From contig NC_092344.1 in assembly GCF_963676685.1 (NCBI RefSeq), positions 82,584,001 through 82,648,000 of the forward strand: a DNA stretch of 64,000 nucleotides, read 5' to 3'. Under the pieces are notes generated by a model that was not told the origin of the DNA, did not search any database, and was given only the letters and a program-made list of their open reading frames with translations. This document shows positions 1-11,588 of this stretch, piece after piece. The translations under genes were made by a program, and so were the position numbers. Each line of letters starts with the position of its first letter. Position 1 is the first letter of the stretch. The stretch comes from Mytilus edulis (Eukaryota).

Positions 1-733
1 TCCCCTCACTTTGCGTCCGTCGTTGTTAACTTTTACAAAAATCTTCTCCTCTGAAACTACTGGTCCAAATTAATCCAAACATAGCCACAATCATATTTGG
101 GGTATCTAGTTTAAAAAATGTGTCCGGTGACCCGGCCATCAAATCAAGATGGCCGCCACGGCTAAAAATAGAACATAAGGGTAAAATGCAGTTTTTGGCT
201 TATAACTCAAAAACCAAAGCATTTAGAGCAAATCTGACATAGGGGTAAAATTGTTCATCAAGTCAAAATTTATATGCCCTGAAATTTTCAGATGAATCGG
301 CAACCCGTTGTTGGGTTGCTGCCCCTGAATCGGTAATTTTAAGGAAATTTTGCTGTTTTTGGTTATTATCTTGAATATTATTATAGAGATAAACTGTAAA
401 CAGCAATAATGTTCAGCAAAGTAAGATTTACAAATAAGTCAACATGACCGAAATGGTCAATTGACCCCCCTAAGGAGTTATTGTCCTTTATAGTAAATTT
501 TTAACAATTTTCATAAAATTTGTAAATTTTTATTAACATTTTCCACTGAAACTACTGGGCCAAGTTCATTATAGATAGAGATAATTGTAAGCAGCAAGAC
601 TGTTTAGTAAAGTAAGATGTACAAACACATCACCATTACCAAAACACAATTTTGTCATGAATCCATCTGCTTCCTTTGTTTAATATTCACATAGACCAAG
701 GTGAGCGGCACAGGCTCTTTAGAGCCTCTAGTT
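1..733 (+). mobile_element. Non-autonomous Helentron/HINE (DINE-1/pearl-like) element, 5' end cut by window edge
   Basis: GCGTCCGTCGTTG microsatellite near the start. Core strongly similar to 48290-49660. 3' end has GGTGAGC subTIR followed by hairpin AGGCTC-TTTA-GAGCCT and TT. Confidence 0.8.
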
Positions 734-1025
734 GTTTCTGTCTGACAATCGGTAAGACAGTATTGTAGGTTGTGTCTGACCAAACAGATTTTTGTCTGTC
801 CATAAACAAAAATCTATTAATTAAGCTTATGTTGTTTATATTCATTCTTAAATTTTCTCCCTGGTCTGTGCTCCTCATATCTGCACTTTTTGTCATAATT
901 GCTTCTTTTGTCAGTCACTTTACTTTCAAAGGCTAACACTGGTAGCCCCTTGAACAAACTTCAGAGTTAACATTTTACCTAGAAGTTATAATTTCTTTCA
1001 ATCTGTGCACAGTCATATTTAAATG

Positions 1026-1344
1026 CATTCTAATGCAACAACGTTTGTAACATTCATTTTAATTGGATAAAGTCACTAACTTTCAAAATTGACAGTTGAT
1101 GCTATGGAATGTATGCGCAAGCGCAGACGATATATGACAAATTTTGAATACATGTTTTAACGTTGTTTTCAGTCAGTTTCATTAGAATGGAGATAACAAT
1201 ATCGATTTTAAGCTCCAAGGTCATCAATTGGTGATTTGATGGTCGCAAATACCCGTTTAATATCTCTGCTAATGCTTCGCCAGTAAACTTTATTTGTGAC
1301 CATCAAATCACCAATTGATGCTGAAATACAATACAGTTATCTCC
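1026..1344. repeat. Double inverted-repeat (foldback) element
   Basis: CATCAATTGGTGATTTGATGGTCGCAAATA (1222) pairs with TATTTGTGACCATCAAATCACCAATTGATG (ends 1320). Outer pair GGAGATAAC/GTTATCTCC. Second IR CATTCTAATG/CATTAGAATG spans 1026-1189. Confidence 0.65.
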
Positions 1345-1472
1345 TAAATATTGAGTCACAGAACGGAGACAATAAAAACACTTGACATATGCACCAGAAT
1401 TGACAAATGATTTGACAGCATGCAACCATTTCATTGGTTAGGACCATAGCACCGAGGACATTAAGTATAGAA

Positions 1473-1798
1473 TGTGTGAAATAGTGTTGTAAACAATGTT
1501 GTGCAGTATACAGTTCAGGATTTTGATTGTGTGAAATAGTGTTGTAAACAATGTTGTGCAGTATACAGTTCAGGATTTTGATTGTGTGAAATAGTGTTGT
1601 AAACAATGTTGTGCAGTATACAGTTCAGGATTTTAATTGTGTGAAATAGTGTTGTAAACATTATTGTGCAGTATACAGTTCAGGATTTTAACTGTGTGAA
1701 ATAGTATTGTAAACATTATTGTGCAGTATACAATTCAGGATTTTGACTGTGTGAAATAGTGTTGTAAACAATATTGAGCAGTATACAGTTCAGTATTT
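1473..1798. repeat. 55-bp minisatellite, ~6 copies
   Basis: Unit TGTGTGAAATAGTGTTGTAAACAATGTTGTGCAGTATACAGTTCAGGATTTTGAT starts at 1473, 1528, 1583, 1638, 1693, 1748. Confidence 0.95.
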
Positions 1799-3303
1799 AA
1801 TATAAAAATAAAGGGAAGTTAATCTTAATAATTTCATATTTCAGCAAGTTACAGTTTTAAAGCATAAATTTGAATGGAAGGTACTTCATAAGTTTGTAAT
1901 GGGGTAGATTTAGTTGTAGTAGGATACAGTTTAGAGGATAAATTTAGTTCTTTGCATATCATAACTTGTTTTGGCTGAATGCACAGTATATGCTTGCATC
2001 AACTCATTATCATCATAAATAAAAAATAGTAGTGGAAGTAAAAAGTTATACATTATTAAACTTTAGGTGTTGTAGAGGGTAGCACTGTCTGAAATAAATA
2101 AAGCACATAAAATCAAACAAAGTACTACATTTTGAAATAACCCGGAACATCTTAAGACTTTTTTTTAATACAAATGGGAGAGAACTTGAATTAAGTATAT
2201 GTCTTAATCTTCAAAGAAGCCATCTAAAAGTCAAATATTATTCACTATAATTTACAGTATGAAATCAGTTAATTAGACATTTTCAAATCAACTTTGACAA
2301 TAGTGAAATTTTCCATTTATGGCTTTCCTGTAAAACTATTCTTAAAGCTTACATTTTAGTATTCTTACCATTGAAGTGTCTTGTCTTTGTTGGTAATTTA
2401 ACTTCCAACTTGTTATTTGTGTATAAATTTTTCCATATATATCTTCCCTGTAAAAATATTTTAAAGCTTACATTCTAGTATTCTGACCATTGAGGAGGTT
2501 GTCTTGTAGGTCATTTTAAATTCCATCTTGTTATTTGTGTATATATGTCAAAGGAAATGCTTTATTGAATAACAGTATTTAAAAATTCCATTGTTTCAGA
2601 AAACTGATATTTTTCGATTGTAAGTCTTATAAGTTTGTATTAATTTTCTGGTATACATGGACAGCACTGGTTACAGTTACAGTTATTATATTTATGCATG
2701 AACATATTATGTTGGATTTTGGATAAGTGTTACAACTATATACTCATTTGCTCATATTCACCAGGCACTGGCACTTTTGATATTATCTCCCTTATTATGA
2801 TTTATTGAATTACATTTTTTCCCTTTTGCTGGAAACTAAGCAGAATGTTTTTGGGGTTATAGTTTTATATATCAATTGAAAGGTGGGAAATTGTCTAGAT
2901 AAAAAAAAAAACACACACTAAAATTGCATCTAGACATTTGAATGTTATAATGATGTTGACCAGTATTATTAAAGAGTTGAAAGTTTTTAAGAAAGATATT
3001 GTACTAAATACCATAACCTAAATGCACATGTTAGTTTTAAAAGTTGTTTTTTTTTAAAGCACATTTCACATCTAAATAAAATCTTTTCAGATCATAGGTA
3101 GCTCAAACTTGACAGTCTCCCATAAATTTTACTGAAATAAATGTAAAAAAAAATCCTCAATTTGATGTTTTCGGGCAATTCAGGAATTGGTTATAACACA
3201 GAATTAATACTGAATGGAAAATCATGAAAAGAGTCAAGTTTGAGTTACTGGGTTTTTCGAGATTTGCACAAACACTAATAAATTTTCCTTTTTTCCTCAC
3301 TAG

Positions 3304-3457
3304 GTTGGCGTTCCCCTCAAGGCTCCCTACCTGAATTAACTGATCTTTCTGATTACTATCACCCTCATCAACAACACCTTTCACGGATGCTCGGTTCATC
3401 ACCACAGATAGGCCAATCACACTTCTATAACCCGCCACCACAAGATACAGTTTATAG
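3304..3457 (+). CDS. Probable internal coding exon of an unidentified gene (WRSPQGSLPELTDLSDYYHPHQQHLSRMLGSSPQIGQSHFYNPPPQDTVY)
   Basis: Polypyrimidine acceptor TTTTCCTTTTTTCCTCACTAG, GC-richer open frame, donor AG|GTAGAG. Ends in phase 2, compatible with the exon at 5265. Confidence 0.55.
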
Positions 3458-5264
3458 GTAGAGCTAGTCACATCAATAATGTTGTGCCATATTAAATCAT
3501 GACGCTTTTTTATACTGACAAATTTGCATTTGACTTTTTAAAAGCAAATATAAGTGAATAATAATTTTGTAGTAATGCTTGCATTATTCTTCATATTTTA
3601 ATGCCTTTCATTAAGATACATCGTCATGCAACATTTTGTACTAAAATGATTTTCATTTAATTTAGCTGTGTTAATTTCATTTGTGATAATCACTATTTTT
3701 AAATACAATTATATATATTCCTTTCTTATGCTGCATTTTATAGTTTTTAATTTGGATTTGATTAAACTATAGCTTACTATTTTGTATAAGTACACTGTTT
3801 TAGATATAATAGTCTTGAATCTGTAAGAAACTTGGATTGAAGCCTTGAGAAAGCAGTTCTGAAATTTATTGATTTTTAATTTTTAAAGTATCATTTGATA
3901 ATCATGCTTGCTCAAATTGAAATCTATGACGGAAAAAATATTTTGAAATATTTGAATATTTAGAAAAAGCATGACAGTTTATTTGCTATAAACTTAAATT
4001 CAAGCGACATGAAACCATGAAGAGTATTTGTGCACAACATTAAGGTCACATTTGACCAGATGTGTTTCTTAGCTTAACCTATTGACATTGTTAACTTGTG
4101 TTGGTGTGTGCCTGACTGTGAATTCTATGGTGGTGGGATCTGCAATTTGTACCGAGTGCTGTGCCTTTGTCATTTCTTCATCAGATAGTTTTTCATTATC
4201 CATCAATGGTAAGCATGTTTGTAGTATTATTATATTAATATAATACAGATGTTTATTTAAGGTTTTCTGCAATACATTTTAATTTCAGGCAACAATCAAG
4301 AACTTTTTTTTAGAAAGCATGATTCTTGAAACTTTCAGAACTAACAATTCTATAATTAGTTTGTCTTTTATTGAATGAGTATTTTTCTTGGCTGCAAAAA
4401 TGTAAATGTGTTGTTGATATTTCATAGGTAGCATGGTACTAACTAAACAGTTATATCTTATTTTTCACAAGAACTACAACAAAATTCAACAAATGCAGCT
4501 TGCAAAATAATAGATAAGCAAAAGAACTATCTTTTCAACATGCAAACAAATTTTAAGCAGGCATTCACTGCAGTCTAAGACTGAAATAAAATGCTAGCCC
4601 TAAGCCTATGGCTTGTAATTATAAAAATTGGTTTGGGCTAGTGAAAGTTCATAAAAAGTTGTTTAGACCTGTAAAAGTATGTTCTTGAAATGAGCTTAAG
4701 GGCTAGTAGGTATAAAAGATTTTTGCATCAAATATGACACTGTGCGATTTTTTTAAAGAAACCATGTAAAGCTTTTTAAGGTTGAGAAAAATATTCTAGT
4801 TTTTGAAAAAATAGTGAAATATGGCTTAATTAATTTACAGAAAAAGCAAAGCACCAAATAATTGGAAAAAAAACAGAAGAAAGGTCAAGCTTTTGAATTA
4901 TTAGTTTGATGATATAGCTCCTAACATTTTAACATATTTGTACATTATTAGCATTCAAATGTAAACAAAATAAGAAGACATGGTATAATTTTCAAACTGT
5001 TTAATAGGTTTGAGCATTTCTGAAGAAGAAAAATCCAGAAAAGTGATAAGAAGTGCAAAACTTGTCAAAGTGTTCATTTTTGTTTTCTAAATACCAGTGA
5101 GACTGTTAAAAGATAAAAAATAGTCTCTGGTTAATATTTTTTTAACTATCAACATCATTATACATTTCAGAAATATTTTATTCTCTTTGCTGACTGAATT
5201 TCAAGCACATTGCCAGAATTATTGTGAAACACAGTCAGATCAATCTTACCTTATATACTTTCAG

Positions 5265-5394
5265 CACTCCCCCCTGTAGTCCTCGTGCCAATAGCCCTAT
5301 AAAGATTCTACACTTGGACTGCATCATTGAGACGGAAGATACAGCACTCTGTTCCAGAGCAGAAACTCCTACTCTACAAGATGTGCCAATATAA
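5265..5394 (+). CDS. Probable terminal coding exon of the same unidentified gene (STPPCSPRANSPIKILHLDCIIETEDTALCSRAETPTLQDVPI*)
   Basis: Acceptor TATACTTTCAG. Phase joins 3457 (AG+C=Ser). Stop TAA at 5392-5394, followed by long AT-rich UTR-like sequence. Confidence 0.55.
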
Positions 5395-7379
5395 AAATAC
5401 CTCATCAATTCATTATGATGATCATTAATCTCTAATATTATCATCAATTTGTTACCTGTTTTATTGGGGTATTTCTTCTTCTTCATTAAAACAAATTAAA
5501 AAAATTATGATTATCATCTATATATTCAAGCACTAAATTTATCAAGTTTATGGATTTTTTTTATTTACATTATTTATATTTTTGTCAATAAGTGTGACTG
5601 TCCACATTGTGATATTGAATAGTGTTTTATTAAATTTCATTATCTTTTTATAATCCATACTGAGGATCTTTATTTATGTTTTCTTTAATTGTTAAGTCCA
5701 TTTTCTTTTTTAAAAATTGGACCATTGTTCTCTGTTCTTTATGTTTTAATGCCCCCTTAGTGAAGATTCTCTGAATTTGTTTGGCTCACTTCTTTAGCCC
5801 TTTTTTCTGTATTCTGTTAATCGCAACAAGACCTCATTGCTTTGAAAAATTAAAGTGGAATGATACATTCTTTTTGAATGTTTTTATATATTTTATACAT
5901 TAAAACATGACAAATTTCATAATGTAGAATAGATGTCATACAATTTTTGCAAATAATAATTTGATGCTTTTATGATTGGAAACAATTGTACTAAATTTTG
6001 GTAGTTTATATATTGCTGCATGTGTGTCTTTCAGAGCATTTGTTCATTGCATTATAAATGAGTTATTAATTTATTTGATGACACTTTTCAAAAGATGTTT
6101 AGTAAGGCTGTTGCTAATATAGATTCTTGAAGCAGATGCATTACTTAATGTTTGTCTTTTTATGTGTGTGTGTATTTATTGTTGATTAATTGCTCGCTCA
6201 GATATCATGACCTTGTATATCCTAGAATGATATATAAATACATTGTTAGTGTGTATAGATAAACATATATAAACATGTTATTGTTACTATTATATGAATA
6301 GGTGGTGTGTCAAAGATATTTTATACTAGACATTTTTTATACAATGATTCATTCCGTCCACAATTATAAGATGCCAAATATTATGTTTAATGAATTAAAT
6401 TTAATTTTTTTTATTTTTGTTAAATATTGTATTGTCTTTTTATGAACTCTTCCTCAATAAAGAACATTAGATGATAAATTGTAGTGATTACTTGTTCAAG
6501 GCGTAATTTTGTATGGCAAATGTTGAAGTTCCTTAAATTTGATGATAAGGAATATTCAGTTTGTTTTGTTTAAGAATCATTACTTTCATGCTGTATATTA
6601 TATCCTTAAGCTATGAGGGCGGCTTTATTGAATCACACATTTATCCACTACATTGAAAATAGTTTTATAACTAATGCATCCCAAAACTACAATTTAAACA
6701 GACATTTTCTGGACTCCCTAAATGAAATTGAATTGGTATTATTGGCCATATTTTATATCTTACACTGATTCTTCCAACAAAAATCTATTTTAAATAAAAT
6801 CCACCTCACAGTTTAAAAATTAAATAGTAGTTTTCTATAATGTTTCTAATGAAAGATATTGCTTTCATTTCCCTTGATTTCCATTGCTGAGGAGTTTTAT
6901 AACCGAAAGATTTGTTGAACCAGATCTTGCTTATGTTTATGTGATAGTAAGTTTTATTATATTTTATAGATACACTGAGTAGTCTTATTTTTTACATCGT
7001 TGATATGGTTACATGACATTTATGGGATCAAACAAATAAATTTATAGAAACTTTTTTGTTAATTTGTTAAATTTTGAGATTTCCAATAATTGTTCAGGAG
7101 CCAACTTAAATTCGGTGACTGAGTAAGTAAAACATATAGATACAGTCTTAACATCAGGTTGATTTTAAAACATTTTCTTGAGACTGAACTAATAAAATCC
7201 CTGTTCCAACTGAGTAGGGGTGTAATTTTCTACATCTGTATGTCTGTCTAATATTTCTGTTGCATTTCTATCAGCAATTACAAAGCAGAGTTTGTGATAT
7301 ATATGGTATACAATGTATATCAGTAAGCTACACATTGTTACATATTTTCACATTCATTCCTGTTTTCTGCATTCATATA

Positions 7380-7495
7380 AATAAACTCATCTTAGATACC
7401 AGGACTAAATTTAGTATATACGCCAGACACACGTTTCGTCTACAAAAGACTCACCAGTGACGCTCGAATCCAAAAAAGTTGAAAAGGCCAAATAA
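7380..7495 (-). mobile_element. Retrozyme-like repeat fragment with minimal hammerhead ribozyme motif (7421-7462), subfamily TTTGT; core variant CUGGUGA
   Basis: Reverse complement reads CGTCA-CTGGTGA-GTCT-TTTGT-AGAC-GAAA-CGTGT-GTC-TGGCG. Confidence 0.75.
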
Positions 7496-8789
7496 TGTAT
7501 ATATATGTAATTTGCATTGCTTAATATAGAAGACGTTTCTTTACAACTTGCTTTACCTCAATTCAAAGGTACTTGATATTTGGTTCAAAGCTTCATATTT
7601 GTAAGCTAATTGGTTCGAGACATTATATTTGTTTGTAGCTGTGACACGATTTCAGATATGTCACTGATCTTCTTGCTTTCTTATGTCTAATCATTTGTTT
7701 AAATGGTTACATACACTAAACATGTATGTAAGAAATTATAATGCATTAAAATACAAATTATATTTTCTTGATATTTGATATCAGAAAGTAAAAATAACAT
7801 TATAAAAATACCAAAATTCAATACAATTCAAAAGCTTATACATGTCAAATGAATGGAAACCAACTGTCATATACCTGACTTGGTACAAGTATTGCCTTAT
7901 GTAGAAAATGGTGGGTTAATCGAACAACTAGCATTTACTACTATTCACATTGGCTAACACATGTATTTCATTTCAATCACAAGCATTAAAGAATAAAAGT
8001 TTACACAAAAAAAACCTGGTTCAATCTGATATTCTGTAAGTATAAGTAGTAACTGTACCTCTAGTTATTTATACTCATTGCTTGTAACTGATAAGTGACA
8101 AGTCAAATCAAGTTTAGTCATAATTTGGGAACCAATTTGTAGGTATGACGAGTGGTCAACTGTTTTACATATGTTCCATAACAGTTAACTAAATCATGAA
8201 ATATTGTATCAACTGATAGATTTATAATTTATATGCTGTGCTTAAAAGTCATTGCAAAGAAAATGTAACTGTTAATATGAAAATTCAATTTTTTTTTTAT
8301 ATGTGCAAGTTAGAAGCAGACCTTATATTTTTCTGATGTTTTATTTATTTCAAATTCAATGGGGTTAGTAGGATCAATAGTCATTGCCAAATTTTGACTA
8401 TTTCAGTAAAGGGCATCATCTACATTAGTATATCAGAAGGACCTGTTTCTTTTCATTCTCTTCAAAAGCTCTGATACGAAGGTGCCTCTTAAGAAATGAA
8501 AAAGTTGACAAATAAACTCATTCCAGATACCAGGATTAGAATTGTTTATGCCAGAACAGGACTGATTCAATTTCACTTACAACTACATGAATGGAGACAT
8601 ATTTTTTTTTATCATTGGTTGAAAATACGAAGGAACATGTAAAGGACCTATGGTTGTTCTGAATTTCGTTTTTGTAAATAATGCAAGAGTATATGTTGAG
8701 TTTCAAAATGAAATTTTCAATCATGATATAATTCCGTTATCAAGCAGTTTATGTATTTTTATTTATGTTCCTCATTCATAGCTCCGATT

Positions 8790-9260
8790 ACTAATCCGAA
8801 TTTAGCCTGACACTTTTTGGTCCCTTAAATAGTTCTATTAGCTCTTCATCGTTTAAGTTAAGTTTTTCGGATTTCAAATGGTCTGGCCTCGAGCATCACT
8901 GAGGGGAGATTGATTTTTGAAATTCGGATGTTGTACGTGAAAACTGGTACCGTTATCGTTATTACTACCACTGGGTCGATACCTCTGCTGGGAGACTGTT
9001 GGTTCAAGACTATCACCAGCCAAAAAGTCATTACTTTTGCACTGGCATCAACATTGTATATTGTTTTATTGAAATTGCTGTTGATAAAATTTTGAAAAGC
9101 AATTTCAATCCAGTAATATATATGTTACCCTTTTGATCCCTTATAGTTTTAATATAGCTCTCCATTGTTTGTTTTAAGTTTTGAATTTCAACTATTATGG
9201 CCTCAATGAAGAGACAAAATTATAAAAATGTGCATCTGGTGCAGTTAGATTGGTATATAT
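8790..9260 (+). mobile_element. Degenerate tandem (~316-bp period) copies of a second hammerhead-bearing repeat family
   Basis: TTTTG(G/A)TCCCTTA repeated at ~8815 and ~9131. Decayed motifs GCATCACTGAGG..GAAA and TGAAGAGAC..AAATGTGCATCTGGTG. Shares the CCACTGGGTCGAT..ATCACCAGCC segment with the first family. Confidence 0.45.
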
Positions 9261-10303
9261 TGTTATGGTAATTACACGATGGAAAATTACGTATTTGTCA
9301 TGTATTCGGACAGCAACATTAAGGTCTTTTAAGATATATGCAGCATATATGTTCAAAGAAACATTCAGTTTTTTTTTTTTTATTTTAATGAGTATAACAA
9401 TTTAATTGCCTTAATCTATATTTCTCTCACATCATGAGGATAACTATACTAGTATTTGGTATGTGCGTACCTTGCAAGGTCCTCGTGGTCGTCACACACT
9501 ACCTCACACACTACACACTTAAATTATGAAATGACGTTCTTTAAATGTCGTGTCAGAGTACACACTCTTTGTAAATACGAATACATTGGTTGCCAGCTGA
9601 TCGGCATCGTCGTGATGTCTTTTGGCAATTCCAATCACTCTCCTACCACATTGTTTGCCTTTTCAAATGGACGAGTTATCCGATGTCAAATGACGCCTTT
9701 GGACGATCGGCTCGAACTATGACGTATAATAACATGGATATTGTACAAGAAAAACACGAATTGGAAGGTCATCAAAACATGAAAAGATAATCAAACGAAG
9801 TCAAGAATTTGTTGGATACCCATGCATTTTCTTATATTGTAGTTGTGAATAGAATGAGTATGTACGTAGTTTAATAAGGTTTTTTTTCGCCCTAGCGTGT
9901 TTAAGTAAGGAATAGAAAATATTTGCCGCCACCTAGAATGCAAAAAATGCCGATCTTCTTATTAGAATGAATAAAATATTCGGGCTTGAATTTGTACTGA
10001 TTTCCCCATGAATTGGATCTATATATCGACACTTCATACCTCACTAACGCTCTTAGTAAACTATTAAGCATAAATAATCAACCCATGGTAAAAAAGTATA
10101 AATTCAAGCTTCCATGAATTATTTCTTAATTTAAAAGTTTTCAAAAACATAGCCAGTAGATGCTTCAACGGAGAATAAAAAATGCATTATACGAGTTTGA
10201 ATGTCCCTCAGGTATATTTCACCCCCTCCCCCCTTTCGACAGTGTTGTTTCTTTGTTAAACGTGCCAACGTTTAGTTTATTTTAATTAACACATCATATA
10301 CTC

Positions 10304-11519
10304 GAATCCATGACAAGTCGCCCCACTGGCAAGTCGCCCCACACCTAATCGCCCCACTTTTTCACCAACTCGCCCCACTTTAAAAAAAAACGCCCCAACC
10401 TGGATTACCAAATCGCCCCACTTTTTAAAAAATCGCCCCACTTGTGAAATGTGTTAAATCCCGTTAATATTGCTCCTGAAAACTCGCCCCACTGAATGGA
10501 AAACGATAAAATCTAGATTAACATATTATTAACCAGGATGAATTTAGTAAAGCCAACTCGCCCCACTCATGGAAAAAGATGTTATCCCGTTGTATATAAC
10601 TTAAATTCCGTGAATATTACTCCTGCCAACTGTCCCCACTTATGGAAAACGATAATATCTAGATTAATATATTATTAACCAGGATGAGTGTAGTAATGCC
10701 AACTCGCCCCACTTATGGAAAAAGATGTTATTCCGTGAATATTACTCCTGCCAACTCCTGCCAACTCGCCCCACTTAAAAGAAAACGATAATATCTAGAT
10801 TTATATTATATTATTAACCAGGATGAATGTAGTAATACCAACTCGCCCCACTTATGGAAAAGATGTTATCCCGTTGTATATAAGTTAAATTCTGTGAATA
10901 TTACTCCTGCCAACTCGCCCCACTTATGGAAAAAGATGCTATCCCATTGAAAACCTTATAGAAACTTCTTATATTATTCCTTTTTTTCAATATAGCAGTA
11001 AGAAGTGAGTATTAATATTTCGGTAATGTGAATGTCAACTAGCCCCACTTATGAATAGTACAAGTATGAATAGAGTTAAAGGCTACCAACTAGCCCCACT
11101 TATGAATAGAATAATTAAACTGAAATGTGTGTTGGCTTTCCAATTGGTCCCACTTATGAGAATGTTTGAAATGCTTCCTTTTTTTTGTTCTTTTCTTCTG
11201 CATAGTTGAAATAAAGCAGATAGAAGGTTAGGAACAGCATTTTTGTGACGTGTTTAATAGTTTTCATTTAAGTGGGGCGAGTTTTAATTTTTAATTTTAT
11301 ATTAATCTAAATATTACCGTTTTCCATTAAGTGGGGCGAGTTGGCAGGAGTAATATTAAACATGATTTAACCAATTTCACATTTTGGGCGATTTTTTAAA
11401 AAGTGGGGCGAGTTTGTGATCCAGTTTGGGGCGGTTTTTTTTAAAGTGGGGCGAGTTGGTGAAAAAGTGGGGCGATTAGGTGTGGGGCGACTTGCCAGTG
11501 GGGCGACTTGTCCTGCTTC
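10304..11519. mobile_element. Foldback/MULE-like non-autonomous DNA transposon with modular TIRs and 9-bp TSD
   Basis: ~200-bp inverted arms built from CGCCCCAC/GTGGGGCG repeats, with internal tandem subunits. TSD CATATACTC at 10295-10303 and 11520-11528. Confidence 0.9.
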
Positions 11520-11554
11520 CATATACTCCATGATTAACATTTTGTACGTTTTGA

Positions 11555-11588
11555 CTGAGACTACTATAACGTGTTATAGTAGTCTCAG
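11555..11588. mobile_element. 34-bp perfect palindromic mini-insertion with 7-bp direct repeat
   Basis: CTGAGACTACTATAAC-GT-GTTATAGTAGTCTCAG flanked by GTTTTGA on both sides. Confidence 0.7.

Noticed and set aside
5010-5060. Possible third hammerhead remnant (CTGAAGAAG..CCAGAAAAG)
   Set aside because: Too degenerate. Stems cannot be formed from this single copy.
3157-5486. Minus-strand ORFs 3157-3471, 4069-4272 and 5235-5486
   Set aside because: Better explained as antisense shadows of + strand exons that have proper splice signals.
9456-9790. CpG-rich patch with short ORFs
   Set aside because: No recognisable protein or consistent splice phases on either strand. It begins with a HINE-like fragment.
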